Origin: Myxococcota bacterium
GTDB taxonomy: Bacteria > Myxococcota_A > Polyangia > JAAYKL01
NCBI GenBank assembly: GCA_028278265.1
Contig: JANQET010000406.1
Location: 3,171-67,170 of the forward strand
Length of the DNA: 64,000 nt
Direction: 5' to 3'
The translations under genes were made by a program, and so were the position numbers. Of the stretch, positions 47,150 through 57,900 are shown piece after piece (the first letter of the stretch is position 1; each line of letters starts with the position of its first letter). The notes below the pieces were generated by a model. It did no database searches. It was given only the letters and a program-made list of their open reading frames with translations, and had not been told where the DNA came from.

Positions 47150-48317
47150 ATCCGTTGATAAATCCGTTGCCGTACAATTCCCAAAGCCATGACAGCGACG
47201 GAAAGGGGCGAGTGAGCTCTAGAAAAGACGAACTGCACTCTTCAGTGAATTCAATCACCACTTTCGTTTTATTCACTGCGTTGAGTTTATCGCCCTCGGT
47301 GGAGGTAACGGTGAGCTCCAGGCCGTCCCATTCGTAGGTCGAGGTGGTCACTTGGTTCTGGCTTTCGGACTCGCATTTGGTGATCGTGCCGGTATCACCG
47401 GCGTATTCACAAGTGGTGATTGTCGTTAACGGTGTCGTGCTGTCCACGAAGTATTCGCAGCTGGTCAGCTTGGCCAAACGGCTCAGGGAATCGTACTCAT
47501 ATTCCTCGTAGCCCTCGGTCGGCACCCAATCGCCATCCACGTAGGCAAGCGCTTCTGCGCGTTCCAAGCGGCCTTTATCGTCATACTTGTACACCCATGC
47601 CATGCTGGCGCTCGGATCATCAGCCACAAAATCCTGGTACTGGGTGAGGCGCCCCCCGGCTCCATACTCGAATCGAAGGTCCAGCACAGTGGTCAGCTCC
47701 CCACCGATGTCGTATTCCCACTGTTCCTGTGAAATCCGCACCTGGTCGTCGAAGCTGTACAGCCGTTGGCGGGCCGACCCGTCCTGCACCCAATCGAGGC
47801 TCTTGAGCAACCCGTCGTTATCGTATTTGTACGTCCGGTCAGATTCGAAAATGACTTGACCGTTCTCCCACAGCTTGAGAACAAAAGCGGTTCGCTCTCC
47901 CTCGTCATCGTATTCATAAAGCAGCTCCTGTGAGAGCTCCCACTGCTCGTTGTCAGCCGCCTGGGGTATATATTGGGTCCACGATTTCATACCAAAGTCG
48001 AGCAACGGCGCCCCGTCGTCGCAATCGAACGGCCCATCGTCACCGTCTGAGTCTGAATCAGAATCTGAGTCCGAGTCTGAGTCAGAATCCGAGTCTGAGT
48101 CTGAATCCGAGTCTGAGTCTGAGTCTGAGTCCGAGTCCGAGTCTGAGTCTGAGTCTGAGTCAGAATCCGAATCCGCGTCCCCGTCGCTATCCCCGTCGCT
48201 ATCCCCGTCGCTGTCACCGCCGCTGTTGTCGTCATCATCGTCGCTGGGGTCATTCGTAGCGCAACCCCACACAACTCCACACAACAAGAGACTGTAAACT
48301 AACGTACGAATCATCAT
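47136..48317 (-). CDS. Lipoprotein with DS stalk and YD-like repeats
   Basis: VWGC lipobox, ~65 aa DS tract and repeats YEYDDEG, YKYDNDG, YKYDDKGRL, YEYDSLSRL. Confidence 0.82.
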   Translation of the reverse strand: MMIRTLVYSLLLCGVVWGCATNDPSDDDDDNSGGDSDGDSDGDSDGDADSDSDSDSDSDSDSDSDSDSDSDSDSDSDSDSDSDSDSDSDSDGDDGPFDCDDGAPLLDFGMKSWTQYIPQAADNEQWELSQELLYEYDDEGERTAFVLKLWENGQVIFESDRTYKYDNDGLLKSLDWVQDGSARQRLYSFDDQVRISQEQWEYDIGGELTTVLDLRFEYGAGGRLTQYQDFVADDPSASMAWVYKYDDKGRLERAEALAYVDGDWVPTEGYEEYEYDSLSRLAKLTSCEYFVDSTTPLTTITTCEYAGDTGTITKCESESQNQVTTSTYEWDGLELTVTSTEGDKLNAVNKTKVVIEFTEECSSSFLELTRPFPSLSWLWELYGNGFINGCEGL

Positions 48318-48535
48318 TACATCCTCCTTGTGTCCGGTCTATTAACGATTGACCGGTACACTCATGACAAAAAAATATACAGTTCAGTGGTACGAGACGG
48401 TGCGTTCCTTCCACACCTATCGGATAAGGACGAAAGTCACGAACATTTGGGGAAAAGAATCGACCAGGGTTATGAATCGAAATTTGATTAGGGAGTGCCT
48501 GGCGCGAAATGGAGCGATGGGTTATTTTTGCGGTG

Positions 48536-49300
48536 ATGATCGCTATTTCACTACAATCCGGCAGCAACGGTAACTGCATCTATCTCGAATCCCAGGGCCG
48601 TGGGGTGCTGATCGACGCCGGCATCAGCGGCATCCAGGCCGAGCGCCGCCTAGCCCATCACGGGCGCGACATTCGCGATGTCGAGGCGGTGATCATCTCC
48701 CACGATCACGCGGACCACGTCCGGTCGGCCGGCATCTTCAACCGCAAGTATGGGCTACCGGTCTACATGACCCACCACACGTTTCTCTCCGCTTCGACGG
48801 CAGGGGGATTGGGACGCATCGGTGCCCTTCACTACTTCTCCGCCGGGGACAGGCTCACCTTTGAAACCCTCTCACTGGAGACCGTTCCCACCGCCCACGA
48901 CGGTGTCGACGGTGCCGCCTTTGTCGCGACCGACGGCTCCTGTCGTCTGGGGGTGCTCACCGACTTGGGGCACCCCTTTGCCGGACTGGTGGAGCTGGTA
49001 CAATCGCTGGACGGGGTAATTCTCGAGAGCAACTACGATCCACAGATGCTCGAACGGGGCCCCTATCCCCGCTTCCTCAAAAACCGCATCTCAGGTCCCG
49101 GGGGCCATCTCTCCAACGATGAGGCCGCGGCGGTTCTCCTACGGGCCAAACAGGGGCTGCGCTGGGCCTGTTTGGCGCACCTGTCCGAGATGAACAACAC
49201 GCCGGACTGCGCGCTCCACACCCACCGACGGATTCTGGGCGGCGAGCTCCCCCTGCACGTGGCCAGCCGGTACAAAGTGGGCGCGGCGCTCGAGCTATAA
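48536..49300 (+). CDS. Metallo-beta-lactamase-fold hydrolase (YycJ/WalJ-like)
   Basis: SGSNGN, SHDHADH, TDLG, ESNYD, GHLSN and AHLSEMNN. Confidence 0.92.
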   Translation: MIAISLQSGSNGNCIYLESQGRGVLIDAGISGIQAERRLAHHGRDIRDVEAVIISHDHADHVRSAGIFNRKYGLPVYMTHHTFLSASTAGGLGRIGALHYFSAGDRLTFETLSLETVPTAHDGVDGAAFVATDGSCRLGVLTDLGHPFAGLVELVQSLDGVILESNYDPQMLERGPYPRFLKNRISGPGGHLSNDEAAAVLLRAKQGLRWACLAHLSEMNNTPDCALHTHRRILGGELPLHVASRYKVGAALEL

Positions 49301-49313
49301 TCGGCGGGCTCGA

Positions 49314-50444
49314 TCAGCTCCTCAACAGCTCGGTCCAAAAACGGATGATTTGCCAATAACTGACAATGGCGTGGGTGGTGGTCTGATCCTGGCCCAGCTC
49401 CACATGCCGGATCAGGTCACTGATCACCACGGTGGCGTCGGTTGCTTTCGACGCCCACTCGTGTAGCGCCGCCGTTTCCGACGGGGGAATGACATTGTCC
49501 ACGCTGCCGTGCAGGAGAAACACCGGACAGCTGGGCGGCTCCCCCTGCACCGGTGAGAGAATCGCCGGCGGATGATAGTTGCGGACAAACGGTTCGAGCA
49601 GGGCCCCCAACGCTTCGGTGTTCCGTTCCAAGCACTGCTCGATGATCCGCTTTGCCGATGGTCCCAGTTGGTCGAGTTGGGCCTTGATCCCCGCGTGATC
49701 CTCTCGAAGATAATCGAACAACGCTTCCCTCAACTCTATCTCGTCGTCCGGCGATACCAATTGATCGACAAACCGAAGCGCGATCACCGCCTGACCGTAG
49801 ACGTGGGGCGGCAGCTTACTGCCCCCCGGCAAATCACCGGTCACCAAGTAGGTCATCGTTCGTTTCAGATCGGCGTGCCCACCAAAAGAAAACACAAATC
49901 GAACCCGGTCTCGCAGCTCAAGTGAAGCCGCGGCGCTGAGACCGAGCCCGCCGGAAAAACTGATCCCCAAAATCCCGATGCGGTGGTCGTCGGCCGCCCC
50001 GGTCAATCCCGAATCGTTCAAGGCCCAGAGGGCGGCCTGTTTTATATCTTCCACCGCCATCGGGTTGATATCGTAGTGCTTCAGATGTGCTATCTCGGGG
50101 GTGACCACCGCGTGTCCGAGACCAGCCAGTATCCTGGCAAACCGAACCAATCGAACCTCGTCATACCCCTCCCGATGAACCCCGTGGATCACCAACAGCA
50201 CCGAATGGTATCCCTCTCGGGGAAGGTACATCCGGATCGGGATGCGCCTTTTGGGGAGTTCAACGACACTTTTGACGATATGAAACGGATGGCCAGCTCT
50301 CGCCACAGCTTCGTCGGCACTCCTCATGCGCAACAAAAATGAGGCGCCGGGAACAACGAGGCGATAAAAGACACCCCCGGCGATTGACGCCAACAAGAGC
50401 ACTGCGATGAACCATCGATGTTGTAAGAATGATCCAAATCTCAT
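49314..50444 (-). CDS. Membrane-anchored alpha/beta hydrolase
   Basis: N-terminal TM, IHG, nucleophile elbow GISFSGG, LLHGSVDNVIP and a downstream His. Confidence 0.8.
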   Translation of the reverse strand: MRFGSFLQHRWFIAVLLLASIAGGVFYRLVVPGASFLLRMRSADEAVARAGHPFHIVKSVVELPKRRIPIRMYLPREGYHSVLLVIHGVHREGYDEVRLVRFARILAGLGHAVVTPEIAHLKHYDINPMAVEDIKQAALWALNDSGLTGAADDHRIGILGISFSGGLGLSAAASLELRDRVRFVFSFGGHADLKRTMTYLVTGDLPGGSKLPPHVYGQAVIALRFVDQLVSPDDEIELREALFDYLREDHAGIKAQLDQLGPSAKRIIEQCLERNTEALGALLEPFVRNYHPPAILSPVQGEPPSCPVFLLHGSVDNVIPPSETAALHEWASKATDATVVISDLIRHVELGQDQTTTHAIVSYWQIIRFWTELLRS

Positions 50445-50514
50445 GGCACGACCTGGATTGGGTCATCTATCATCTAACAGGGATTGTCAATCGCGACGCC
50501 AGGAGATGTCAGTA

Positions 50515-51789
50515 TTACTGAAACCCGTCGAGATAATCCTGCTGCCAGACGGCGGTATCCATTGAGGTGATCAAGCCGGTTTTGTACACGGCTCGCTCGA
50601 GCTGGTGCAGGCGATCGGTCAGGCTGCCGGTGATCCCCACCGACATTCGGATCAATCCCGAGGACAAGCCCATCTCTTCTTGGGCCGCTGCCGGAATTTC
50701 CGATGAGGTGGTCGATCCTGAACAGGACATCAGGGTGTCGTAGTACCCCAACGAAACGGCCATTAGGCCAAACTGTTCGTCGTTTTGTAGTGCGGCGATC
50801 AACTGTTGGGCCTTCTCGTTGGTTTTGCAGTCGATCGCCACCACGCCGCCGAATCCGTAGCCGTGGTTGAACATGCGCTTGACCAGGGCGTGTTGGGGAT
50901 GGGAGGGCAGCCCGGGATAGGCGACCCGTATCCCCATCTCCTCCAACCGTCGGGCCACGGCCATCGCCCGGCGGCCGTGTTCGCGCATGCGCACCGGCAG
51001 GTGGGGCAGTCGTTGGATGATGTCATAGGCTACCCGGGGATCCATTGTCGGACCGAAGAGCATCACCCGGCCGTGGTGCAGGTCCATCAGCTCATCGATA
51101 AAACTCTGCGGCCCGCAGATCACCCCGCCTAGGATATCGCAGGCCCCGTTGATGTGCTTGGTCAGCGAGTGGATCACGATGTCAGCGCCGTGGTGCGCCG
51201 GGGTCACCAGGGTCGGGGCAAAGGTGTTGTCGATGACCAACGGAAGGTGGTGGTCGTGGGCCACAGCGGCCAACTGTTGAATATCGACCAGACTCAAGGT
51301 GGGATTGCCCATGGTTTCGGCAAAAATCAATTTTGTCCGCGGGGTGATTTGTTCGAGAAATCCCGCTGCATCGGCGTGGTGCACAAAACTGGTGGAGATT
51401 CCCATTTGGGGAAACACCTCGCTGAGCAGGGCATGGGTACCACCGTACACCGTATTCGAGGAGACGATGTGATCCCCGCTTTGACACAATTGCAGCAGCG
51501 TGCAGGTAATCGCCGCCATACCGCTGGCCGTACACAGGCCCGCCTCCATCCCCTCCAGACCGGCCAATTGGCGACCCAGCACCGATACGGTCGGGTTGTA
51601 ATGACGACTGTACAAATAGCATCCGCCGTTGTCCGGCCCCCGCTCCCCCTCAAAGATCAGGGGCATTGTCTCCGGCTCCATCACCGTAAATGTCGTGGAG
51701 CGTGAGATAGATGGCACCACGCCGCCGTGTTCCCCAAATTCGCGTCTGACGTTGCACAACAATTGCTCGGGATCGTCTCTTCTCATCAT
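50515..51789 (-). CDS. Methionine gamma-lyase / Cys-Met metabolism PLP enzyme
   Basis: FGEHGGV, YSRHYNPT, ASGMAAI, YGGT, DNTF, HSLTKH and AVSLG. Confidence 0.92.
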   Translation of the reverse strand: MMRRDDPEQLLCNVRREFGEHGGVVPSISRSTTFTVMEPETMPLIFEGERGPDNGGCYLYSRHYNPTVSVLGRQLAGLEGMEAGLCTASGMAAITCTLLQLCQSGDHIVSSNTVYGGTHALLSEVFPQMGISTSFVHHADAAGFLEQITPRTKLIFAETMGNPTLSLVDIQQLAAVAHDHHLPLVIDNTFAPTLVTPAHHGADIVIHSLTKHINGACDILGGVICGPQSFIDELMDLHHGRVMLFGPTMDPRVAYDIIQRLPHLPVRMREHGRRAMAVARRLEEMGIRVAYPGLPSHPQHALVKRMFNHGYGFGGVVAIDCKTNEKAQQLIAALQNDEQFGLMAVSLGYYDTLMSCSGSTTSSEIPAAAQEEMGLSSGLIRMSVGITGSLTDRLHQLERAVYKTGLITSMDTAVWQQDYLDGFQ

Positions 51790-51986
51790 TCCTCCTATCG
51801 TTTCGATAAAAGTCGAGTTAGGACCAGTGTCACTGCCCTGTCATGGCTCGGTGTTACGTACAAAAAGACAACATCGGTTTATTTTTGCTAAACTGTAGGG
51901 ACCACGTTTGCAATTGGACAAAAAGAAAGGCCAACGGGCAGATAGACAGCAGAATCATGAATGGGCAAAGGGGACAGAGGGAAATG

Positions 51987-53504
51987 GGGCTGGCCCATGG
52001 CCGGTGGCGCGGGCCGGTGTTCGCACTCGTCTGCTGGTTGGTGGGGTCGTTTGCGCTTTCAGGGACGGCCCAACGGAATCCGGTATCGAGCAGCCCTGTC
52101 TATCCCGGAAAATCCATCGGCGATTTCTACGATCGATTGGCCGGCGACTTGAAACAGGGTAAGCCACTGGTGGTTACGGTGTACGTGGCGCTTTGCGACA
52201 ACGCGTCCCAGGGAATCGTTCGGACGAAGAATCCGCGCATTTGTCAGGGAGATCATCCGGAGCGCAATCTCTACTGGGCCTCGAGCGGCGGCCTGATGGG
52301 TCATCTGCGCACGCAGCCCTGGAAGCGGGTCCTCTACCGACCCTCGGCAACCGACAAAATAGCCATCACAGGTGTATGGACCCGACGTTTTCGCCCGGGC
52401 GGTGCGCTGGCCAAGCGGGGGGTAAGCGGTAGATTTCCGGTCTATGTGGTTGGGCTGGGGTATCGGGGAACCGAAATCCATGGGGCGATGGTGGACTACC
52501 TAAAGGCGGTTTCAGGGGATCGACCGGAGATCATTGACATCGATGGGCAGACGACCATCCAATTCGGCGGTGGCGCCCACATCGTCGGTTATGTGGGACA
52601 TGACTACTTCATGGACGTGCGCGATGAGGCGTCGCTGCTGTCCCACACCCGCGGGCAGACGACCCTGCACAAAGGGGTGTTCGGCCTGGCCTGCCATAGC
52701 GACAACTACTTCCGCCCCGCGATTCAACGCCGGACCAATCACATCCTCGCGCTGAACACCCAGCTCACCTTTCCCAGCGCCTTCACCGTGCTGGGCATAA
52801 TCCGCGCCGTCGCGGCGGGCAAGGATCACCGGGGTATCCACCGGGAGGCCGCCCGGGCGTTTGCCAAGGGACAGCGACAAACCGTGCGCACAATGCTGCG
52901 CGCGTTGTCATACGGGGACAAACCCCTGACCGAAGATGGCCCGCACGATCAGGTGGAAGTCGTCTGTCGCCAGCAGTGGGGTGCCAAGCCGATGACACGA
53001 TCCTATCGCGATCATCATATCCACCGAATAACCCTCCATCATCAAGGAGTACGTCACACCTCAGCGCAAAACACCGCCGAGCGGCTAAAAAAGATGCAGC
53101 AGTATCACCAGAGCGAGACCGTTGGTTTTAACGACATTGCATACCACTTCATTATCGATCCAAACGGCGGGGTGTACGAGGGGCGGCCGTTCAACGCGGT
53201 CGGTGAAACCCAGACCGACTACGATCCCACCGGGCACCTGTTGATCTGCCTGCTGGGGGATTTCGACGAACAGACGCCGACCAAGCCGGCTATCGAGGCG
53301 CTGACGAAATTGTCGACCTGGGCCGTGCAAGCGTTCGACACCGATGTGGAGACCATCCAGGGTCACCGGGATCACACCGAAGGAACCTGTCCTGGATCCA
53401 ACCTCTACCGTCTGATCCAAGAGGGAACACTGAAGGCACGAGTCCGCGAGCTGGCATCGTCACAGCGAATGGAGCTGCACATCCGTTGCGAGCCGGAGAT
53501 CTAG
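51987..53504 (+). CDS. Secreted fusion: unknown N-terminal domain + PGRP/amidase_2 N-acetylmuramoyl-L-alanine amidase (start uncertain)
   Basis: Signal-like segment and an N-domain with VALCDN...NLYW. The C-domain has RQQWGA, ITLHH, DIAYHF.I...G.VYEGR and GHRD....CPG. Confidence 0.82.
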   Translation, partial: GLAHGRWRGPVFALVCWLVGSFALSGTAQRNPVSSSPVYPGKSIGDFYDRLAGDLKQGKPLVVTVYVALCDNASQGIVRTKNPRICQGDHPERNLYWASSGGLMGHLRTQPWKRVLYRPSATDKIAITGVWTRRFRPGGALAKRGVSGRFPVYVVGLGYRGTEIHGAMVDYLKAVSGDRPEIIDIDGQTTIQFGGGAHIVGYVGHDYFMDVRDEASLLSHTRGQTTLHKGVFGLACHSDNYFRPAIQRRTNHILALNTQLTFPSAFTVLGIIRAVAAGKDHRGIHREAARAFAKGQRQTVRTMLRALSYGDKPLTEDGPHDQVEVVCRQQWGAKPMTRSYRDHHIHRITLHHQGVRHTSAQNTAERLKKMQQYHQSETVGFNDIAYHFIIDPNGGVYEGRPFNAVGETQTDYDPTGHLLICLLGDFDEQTPTKPAIEALTKLSTWAVQAFDTDVETIQGHRDHTEGTCPGSNLYRLIQEGTLKARVRELASSQRMELHIRCEPEI

Positions 53505-53531
53505 CCCCAAAACAAAGGGGTCCGATTTCGC

Positions 53532-53560
53532 TTGACAATTAGAGTTCTAATCATTAGATT
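53532..53560 (+). promoter_or_regulatory. sigma70 promoter overlapped by palindromic MarR-type operator
   Basis: TTGACA-17-TAGATT. The spacer contains ATTAGA-GT-TCTAAT and the overlapping TCTAAT-C-ATTAGA. Confidence 0.7.
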
Positions 53561-53567
53561 TCAAATC

Positions 53568-54017
53568 ATGAAGCAGCCACCAGACACCATTATGGCCCGA
53601 ATCAGTTTTTTACACCTGACCTGGGTTCGCCATTTGACGCGTGCCCTGCGGCCTTGGGGGGTGACCCCGAAGCAGATTTACTTGTTGCGACAACTTTCAG
53701 AACGTCCATACCTGTATCCCGCTCAGGTCGCACGTTTATTGTTCTGCGATCGCCCCACTGCGACATCGATCGTCAATACGATGGAACGCAGGAAATGGGT
53801 CAAACGAACGACCGATCCAGACAACCGAAAATTTGTTCGCATTGCAATTACTGCAAAGGGTAAAAAAAAGCTGGCCGCCGTTCCTCTAGACAAGTATCGG
53901 ACCGGTCACACCGAATTTGATCCAATCTCCTGTTTGAAACCAAACGAACAGCAACAGCTGTCGCGGTTGCTCAAAAAACTGCGCGAGCACCTCGAGCAGC
54001 TCAACGAGGAGGCATAA
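53568..54017 (+). CDS. MarR-family transcriptional regulator
   Basis: GVTPKQ..LL, DRPTATSIVNTMERRKWVKR..DPDNRK...ITAKG. Confidence 0.92.
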   Translation: MKQPPDTIMARISFLHLTWVRHLTRALRPWGVTPKQIYLLRQLSERPYLYPAQVARLLFCDRPTATSIVNTMERRKWVKRTTDPDNRKFVRIAITAKGKKKLAAVPLDKYRTGHTEFDPISCLKPNEQQQLSRLLKKLREHLEQLNEEA

Positions 54018-54021
54018 TTTT

Positions 54022-54696
54022 ATGATTATCTCTACATCAGAAGAACAAGTCAGGGCCAAAGCCCGACAAGAATATGAAACCGGCTCGGCCAATTTTACGA
54101 TTGATCGAAGCAAGTGTGCTCTAATCGTCATCGACATGCAAGAATCGTTTGTGACGCCAGGGCGCTCTCCATACTGGGTTCCAGCAGCAACAGGTCAAAT
54201 CTCAACGCTGGGAAAACTGATTGAGCGTTGCCGGCGACAGAAAGTACCAATCATCTACACTGCGTTTGGCCATACGCACCACCGTTTGGATCGTCCCCAT
54301 TCGCTGTCCCTGATGCCGCTGGGGAAACCACTCGAGCATCACCCTCAAACGACGGCTGACGAGCGCGATCCAATTTGCGACGCATTGAGCCCGGAGCCGG
54401 AGGATGTGGTCATTTACAAACCATCATACGGCGCCTTTATTGATACCCCTTTGGAAACCATCTTGAAGAATTTGAATAAAGACACCGTGATCATCAGCGG
54501 AACATTGACCAACTTCTGCTGCGGCGCCACCGCACGTCAAGCATTCGAACGGGGATTCAAGGTGGTGTTCGGAAGTGACGTCAATGCCACCGATCTACCA
54601 GAGATGCACGAAAACGAGCTCAAAGTGCTTCGCCGTGGATTTGCAAAAGTTTTGAACGCCCAAGAGATTATTGAGGCGTTGGAGAACACCCCGTAG
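54022..54696 (+). CDS. Isochorismatase-family cysteine hydrolase
   Basis: ALIVIDMQ, K.SYGAF..T.L and GTLTNFCCGATAR.AF. Confidence 0.92.
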   Translation: MIISTSEEQVRAKARQEYETGSANFTIDRSKCALIVIDMQESFVTPGRSPYWVPAATGQISTLGKLIERCRRQKVPIIYTAFGHTHHRLDRPHSLSLMPLGKPLEHHPQTTADERDPICDALSPEPEDVVIYKPSYGAFIDTPLETILKNLNKDTVIISGTLTNFCCGATARQAFERGFKVVFGSDVNATDLPEMHENELKVLRRGFAKVLNAQEIIEALENTP

Positions 54697-54942
54697 CACG
54701 GATCGCCTGCGCGGTCTATTGGCCTATTTCCCACTCACAAACCCACTGCACATACTCGATGACCACCAATTCGGCTCTCCCCCGGTTCGCTGCCAGACGG
54801 TAACTTTTCCTTGGAGCAAAAAAACTGAACATTGTGAAGCGGACCGTCATTAAACATGCAGCAAGTATTGTTTCGAAGTCTCAAAAGCGGGGATTGGATG
54901 TATCGATCCGCTCTTGCGCGGATTTTAACAAGGAGGAGAGCA

Positions 54943-57900
54943 ATGAAGCGACTGTTGGTTGGATCGGTTTTGCTGATGGCGTTGTCACTTTCCGTTGGAT
55001 GTGATGATGAAAGCACGCCTCTCGACGTGGACAGCATCTCATTGGATCAGGCGCGACCGCCCTCTGCCCCGGAGCGGCACACCCTCACCCTGATTACCGG
55101 TGACCGGCTCGAGGTCTTAAAAAGCGCCGATGGATCATGGAAAGTGGCGATTGACCAAGCGCCGCGGTCTTCGGGACCAGTAGCTTTTACGCGATTTCGC
55201 CATCCGAAAAAGGGGCTTTATGTGATGCCCGTGGATGTGAAACACCTCATTCCCGAGGTGATGGATGCACAGTTCTTCAACATTGAATATCTCATTGAGC
55301 ACAAAATGGATGATGCGCATCAGAGTTTTGTCTCGGCGATCGTTTCCACTGAAGACTCGTCCGCGCACCAGCGAGCCACGGTCAGCACTGCGCTCAACTA
55401 CCGCCGACTACCTGCCGCCGGTTTGAGCACTATCACCGTGAGCAAAAATCAGCTGCGCGGGCGGGCCAATCCCCTCTGGCAATTTACCGGTCAGCGGGCC
55501 GGTTTGACCCTGAGCGGAGTCAAAAAGCTTCGCCCCAATCGGGTATTCAAAGCGCTGCTCGCCGAGGCGGTTCCAGCAGTTGGCGGAGACGTGGCCCAGC
55601 AGACCCACGGACTCTACGGCAAGGGGATCAATCTGGCGGTGCTCGACACCGGGGTGGACAGCGCCCATCCGGATTTCTATTTTGAAGATGGTTCGTCAAA
55701 GTTGGTGGTCGATGAAAACCTGACCTGTTTTACCACCGACGATCCCTTTTATTGCGAAGACACCCCGCTGGACCTGGAAGGCCATGGAACCCATGTCTCC
55801 AGCATCGCCGTGGGCACCGGCGCGGGCAGCGACGGTCTGTACCGAGGGGTGGCGCCTGAAGCCTGGTTGATGAACGTCAAGGTACTCAACAGCATGGGGT
55901 TCGGCTTGGAGACCGATATTATCCAAGGGATCTTCGTCGCGGCATTGGGCACCAATGACGTTCGCGGGGATGAGCCGGAGATCGAAGCAGATGTGATTTC
56001 GATGAGCCTGGGGGGACCGGTGCTCACCGATGGAGAAGACCCGATGATTGCGGCGGTCAACCAGGTGGTCAACGACCACGGAGTTATTGTAGTGGTCGCC
56101 GCGGGCAATGATTGGAATGCCTTTACGGTAGGGAGCCCGGCAGCCGCCGCGGGGGCCCTCGCCGTGGGGTCGAGTACGAAATGGGCGCCGTTTGTGGTGA
56201 GTGACTTTTCCAGCCGCGGTCCGACCCGAGGCGAGTTCGCGCTCAAACCCGATATCGTCGCCCCGGGGGAGGAGATCATCGCCGCGTGCAGCTCTTTTTC
56301 CTACTGGTTGGAGTGTGATCCCCTCGCGCCCTACATCGCCATGTCGGGCACCAGCATGGCCACCCCGGTGGTTGCCGGTGGGGCGGCTCTCCTCGTCGAG
56401 CACGCCGCCGGGAGCGGTCAATTGTTGAGCCCCCAGGCGCTGAAGGACCGGTTGCTCTCGAGCAGCGAGGTGTTGACGTCTTTGTGGGATCCGGATCAGC
56501 CCGCCAGCGCATATGAGCAGGGCGCCGGATTGATGAAGCTCGATCGGGCCCTGACCGCCGAGCTCGTTTTCTCGCCGGCCAATCTGAGCCTCGGATTGTT
56601 CACCTACGATGTGGCCGAGTGGGAGCGAACCGCGCAACTGACCAACCGGTCCGACCAAACAAAAACGGTCGATTTGGCCATTGCCCTCACTTCGGAATAT
56701 CTGGACTACAGCGACGCTATTTCCCTCACCCCGTCTCAAGTAACCCTGGCACCGGGGGCTACCGCCGAGCTGACCGTTCGGGTCGACCTGCAAGCGCTGC
56801 CCTTGCCCAAATTGCAGCAGGCGTTCGACGGTCGAATCACTGCCCAGGTGAATGGGCAATTGGCGGCTCACAGCATCTTGGGCTTTACCAAGGAGGGAGA
56901 GCTCTATCCACTCACGATCCAAACCATCGGCCTCGACGGGGGGCCGCCGTTCTGGCCCGATGTGTATGTCTACGATGCTGAAGATTCAGCAGGCTTCTTC
57001 AATGATCCGTGGGTCACGTTTCCCGATGCTGAGGGCTACTTGCGACTGCGCGTACCGGCAGGCATCTACAATCTGACCCTGGAAATCTACGACTTCGCTG
57101 ACGAACTCGCCAGGCACACCCGGGTTTCCGAGCTGGAGCTGGAGGTGGCCAATACCGCAACGAGCGCGGTGCTCGACGCCCGCTTGGCCGAGCCGGTGGT
57201 CTTCGATCTGGCGGCCGATCCCCTGGCCACATCGACCAAGGAGTTCAGCACCACTTGGGAGTATGTCTGGCCTGGAGACGGGTGGTCTATTTCGGTCGGC
57301 TCCAGTGGGTTCGATCAGTTGATGGTGTACAGCAACAAGCAATCGACCATCGGCACCTTCGGCGTGCTCAGCCAGTGGGTCAGGGGACACGAGCCGTGGT
57401 GGGAAAGTGAAGTGCTCTACAACTGGACCGACACCCGGGGCCGGGACGAGCCCTACCTGCTTCGCGTCACAGAGACAGACCTCGAGAATGCGGGAATGGC
57501 CGACATTCACTATCACTCCGAGCGACTCACCGAGGGATATATCGGCGAATGGGCCTGCCCCACCGATCTGACCGTGCTGCCGCTCTACTGCAATTTCGTT
57601 TGGATCTGGTCGTATCTCACACCGCTACCCGCGGTCCAGCGCCAGTACTACAACCCGCTGGTTGCCGCCCACAACACCCTGTACGAACCGCTGCCCTGGG
57701 AGCTCCTCTTGTGGGACAATGAACAGACTATCGTCGACGGCGTATTGATTGAAGGAAAGGTCTGGCAACCCGGAGAGCAACAACGGGTCCATTGGGGTCA
57801 ACGACCGATGAAACCGGCCTATCAGCACGTTTGGCAAATCGACAACACCCTGGGTATTTGGGGTCATTCAGTTGAAGATCCACAGGGCCACTATAGCTTG

